Origin: Paludibacteraceae bacterium
GTDB lineage: Bacteria; Bacteroidota; Bacteroidia; Bacteroidales; Paludibacteraceae
Reading direction: 5' to 3'
NCBI GenBank assembly: GCA_963663245.1
Contig: OY760143.1
Span: 858,455 to 890,454, forward strand
DNA: 32,000 bases
Both the position numbers and the translations under genes were made by a program. Shown one piece after another: positions 31,991 through 32,000 of the stretch (its first letter is position 1; each line of letters starts with the position of its first letter). The notes under the pieces are model-generated. The model ran no database searches. It saw only the letters and a program-made list of their open reading frames with translations, and was not told where the DNA came from.

Positions 31991-32000
31991 TAAAGCTATT

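Noticed and set aside
1-32000. CRISPR arrays, rRNA genes, transposons/IS elements, prophage genes, toxin-antitoxin or recognisable defence systems
   Set aside because: I looked on both strands. I found no regularly spaced repeats, no transposase, integrase or recombinase-like ORFs, and no nuclease/ATPase/methylase combinations typical of defence islands.

Overview
This is a low-GC chromosomal segment that looks like Bacteroidota. Supporting signs are a T9SS C-terminal sorting domain, DUF1573 lipoproteins, ExbB/ExbD of the Bacteroidetes type, TTTG-N19-TAnnTTTG-like promoter boxes about 26-29 nt upstream of start codons, and no obvious Shine-Dalgarno sites. I support about 38 protein genes, one tRNA-Ser(GGA), several clear intrinsic terminators and a few candidate promoter/operator sites.

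Layout, left to right:
- TPR protein and Nudix hydrolase (minus strand).
- exbB, a 4-TM protein, exbD, exbD (minus strand).
- tRNA-Ser.
- tatD, meaB and two DUF1573 genes (minus strand).
- A half-size TSUP transporter, an M20 amidohydrolase and an Lrp regulator.
- An LTxxQ periplasmic protein.
- An eight-gene ars operon: arsR, DUF1294, Trx-like, CxxC lipoprotein, CcdA/DsbD-like, arsP, arsC, acr3.
- A small orphan protein, rnz, a YhdH-type oxidoreductase and a TPR protein.
- A seven-gene TetR/TolC/HlyD/2xATPase/2xABC-2 efflux cluster.
- Two tandem OmpA-family paralogues.
- A DAACS symporter and a divergent NagB/6PGL-fold protein.
- A T9SS-secreted beta-propeller protein that probably continues past the right edge.

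I found no transposase, integrase, phage gene, CRISPR array or recognisable defence system, and I cannot point to a clearly novel multi-gene system. The best second-look candidates are:
- the thiol-relay trio inside the ars operon, together with the DUF1294 gene;
- the structured, terminator-containing roughly 200-nt leader upstream of the NagB-like/DAACS pair;
- the complementary degenerate motifs in the two ABC ATPases;
- the ars and TetR operator/promoter architectures.

All functional calls come from motif recognition by eye. No database search was run.
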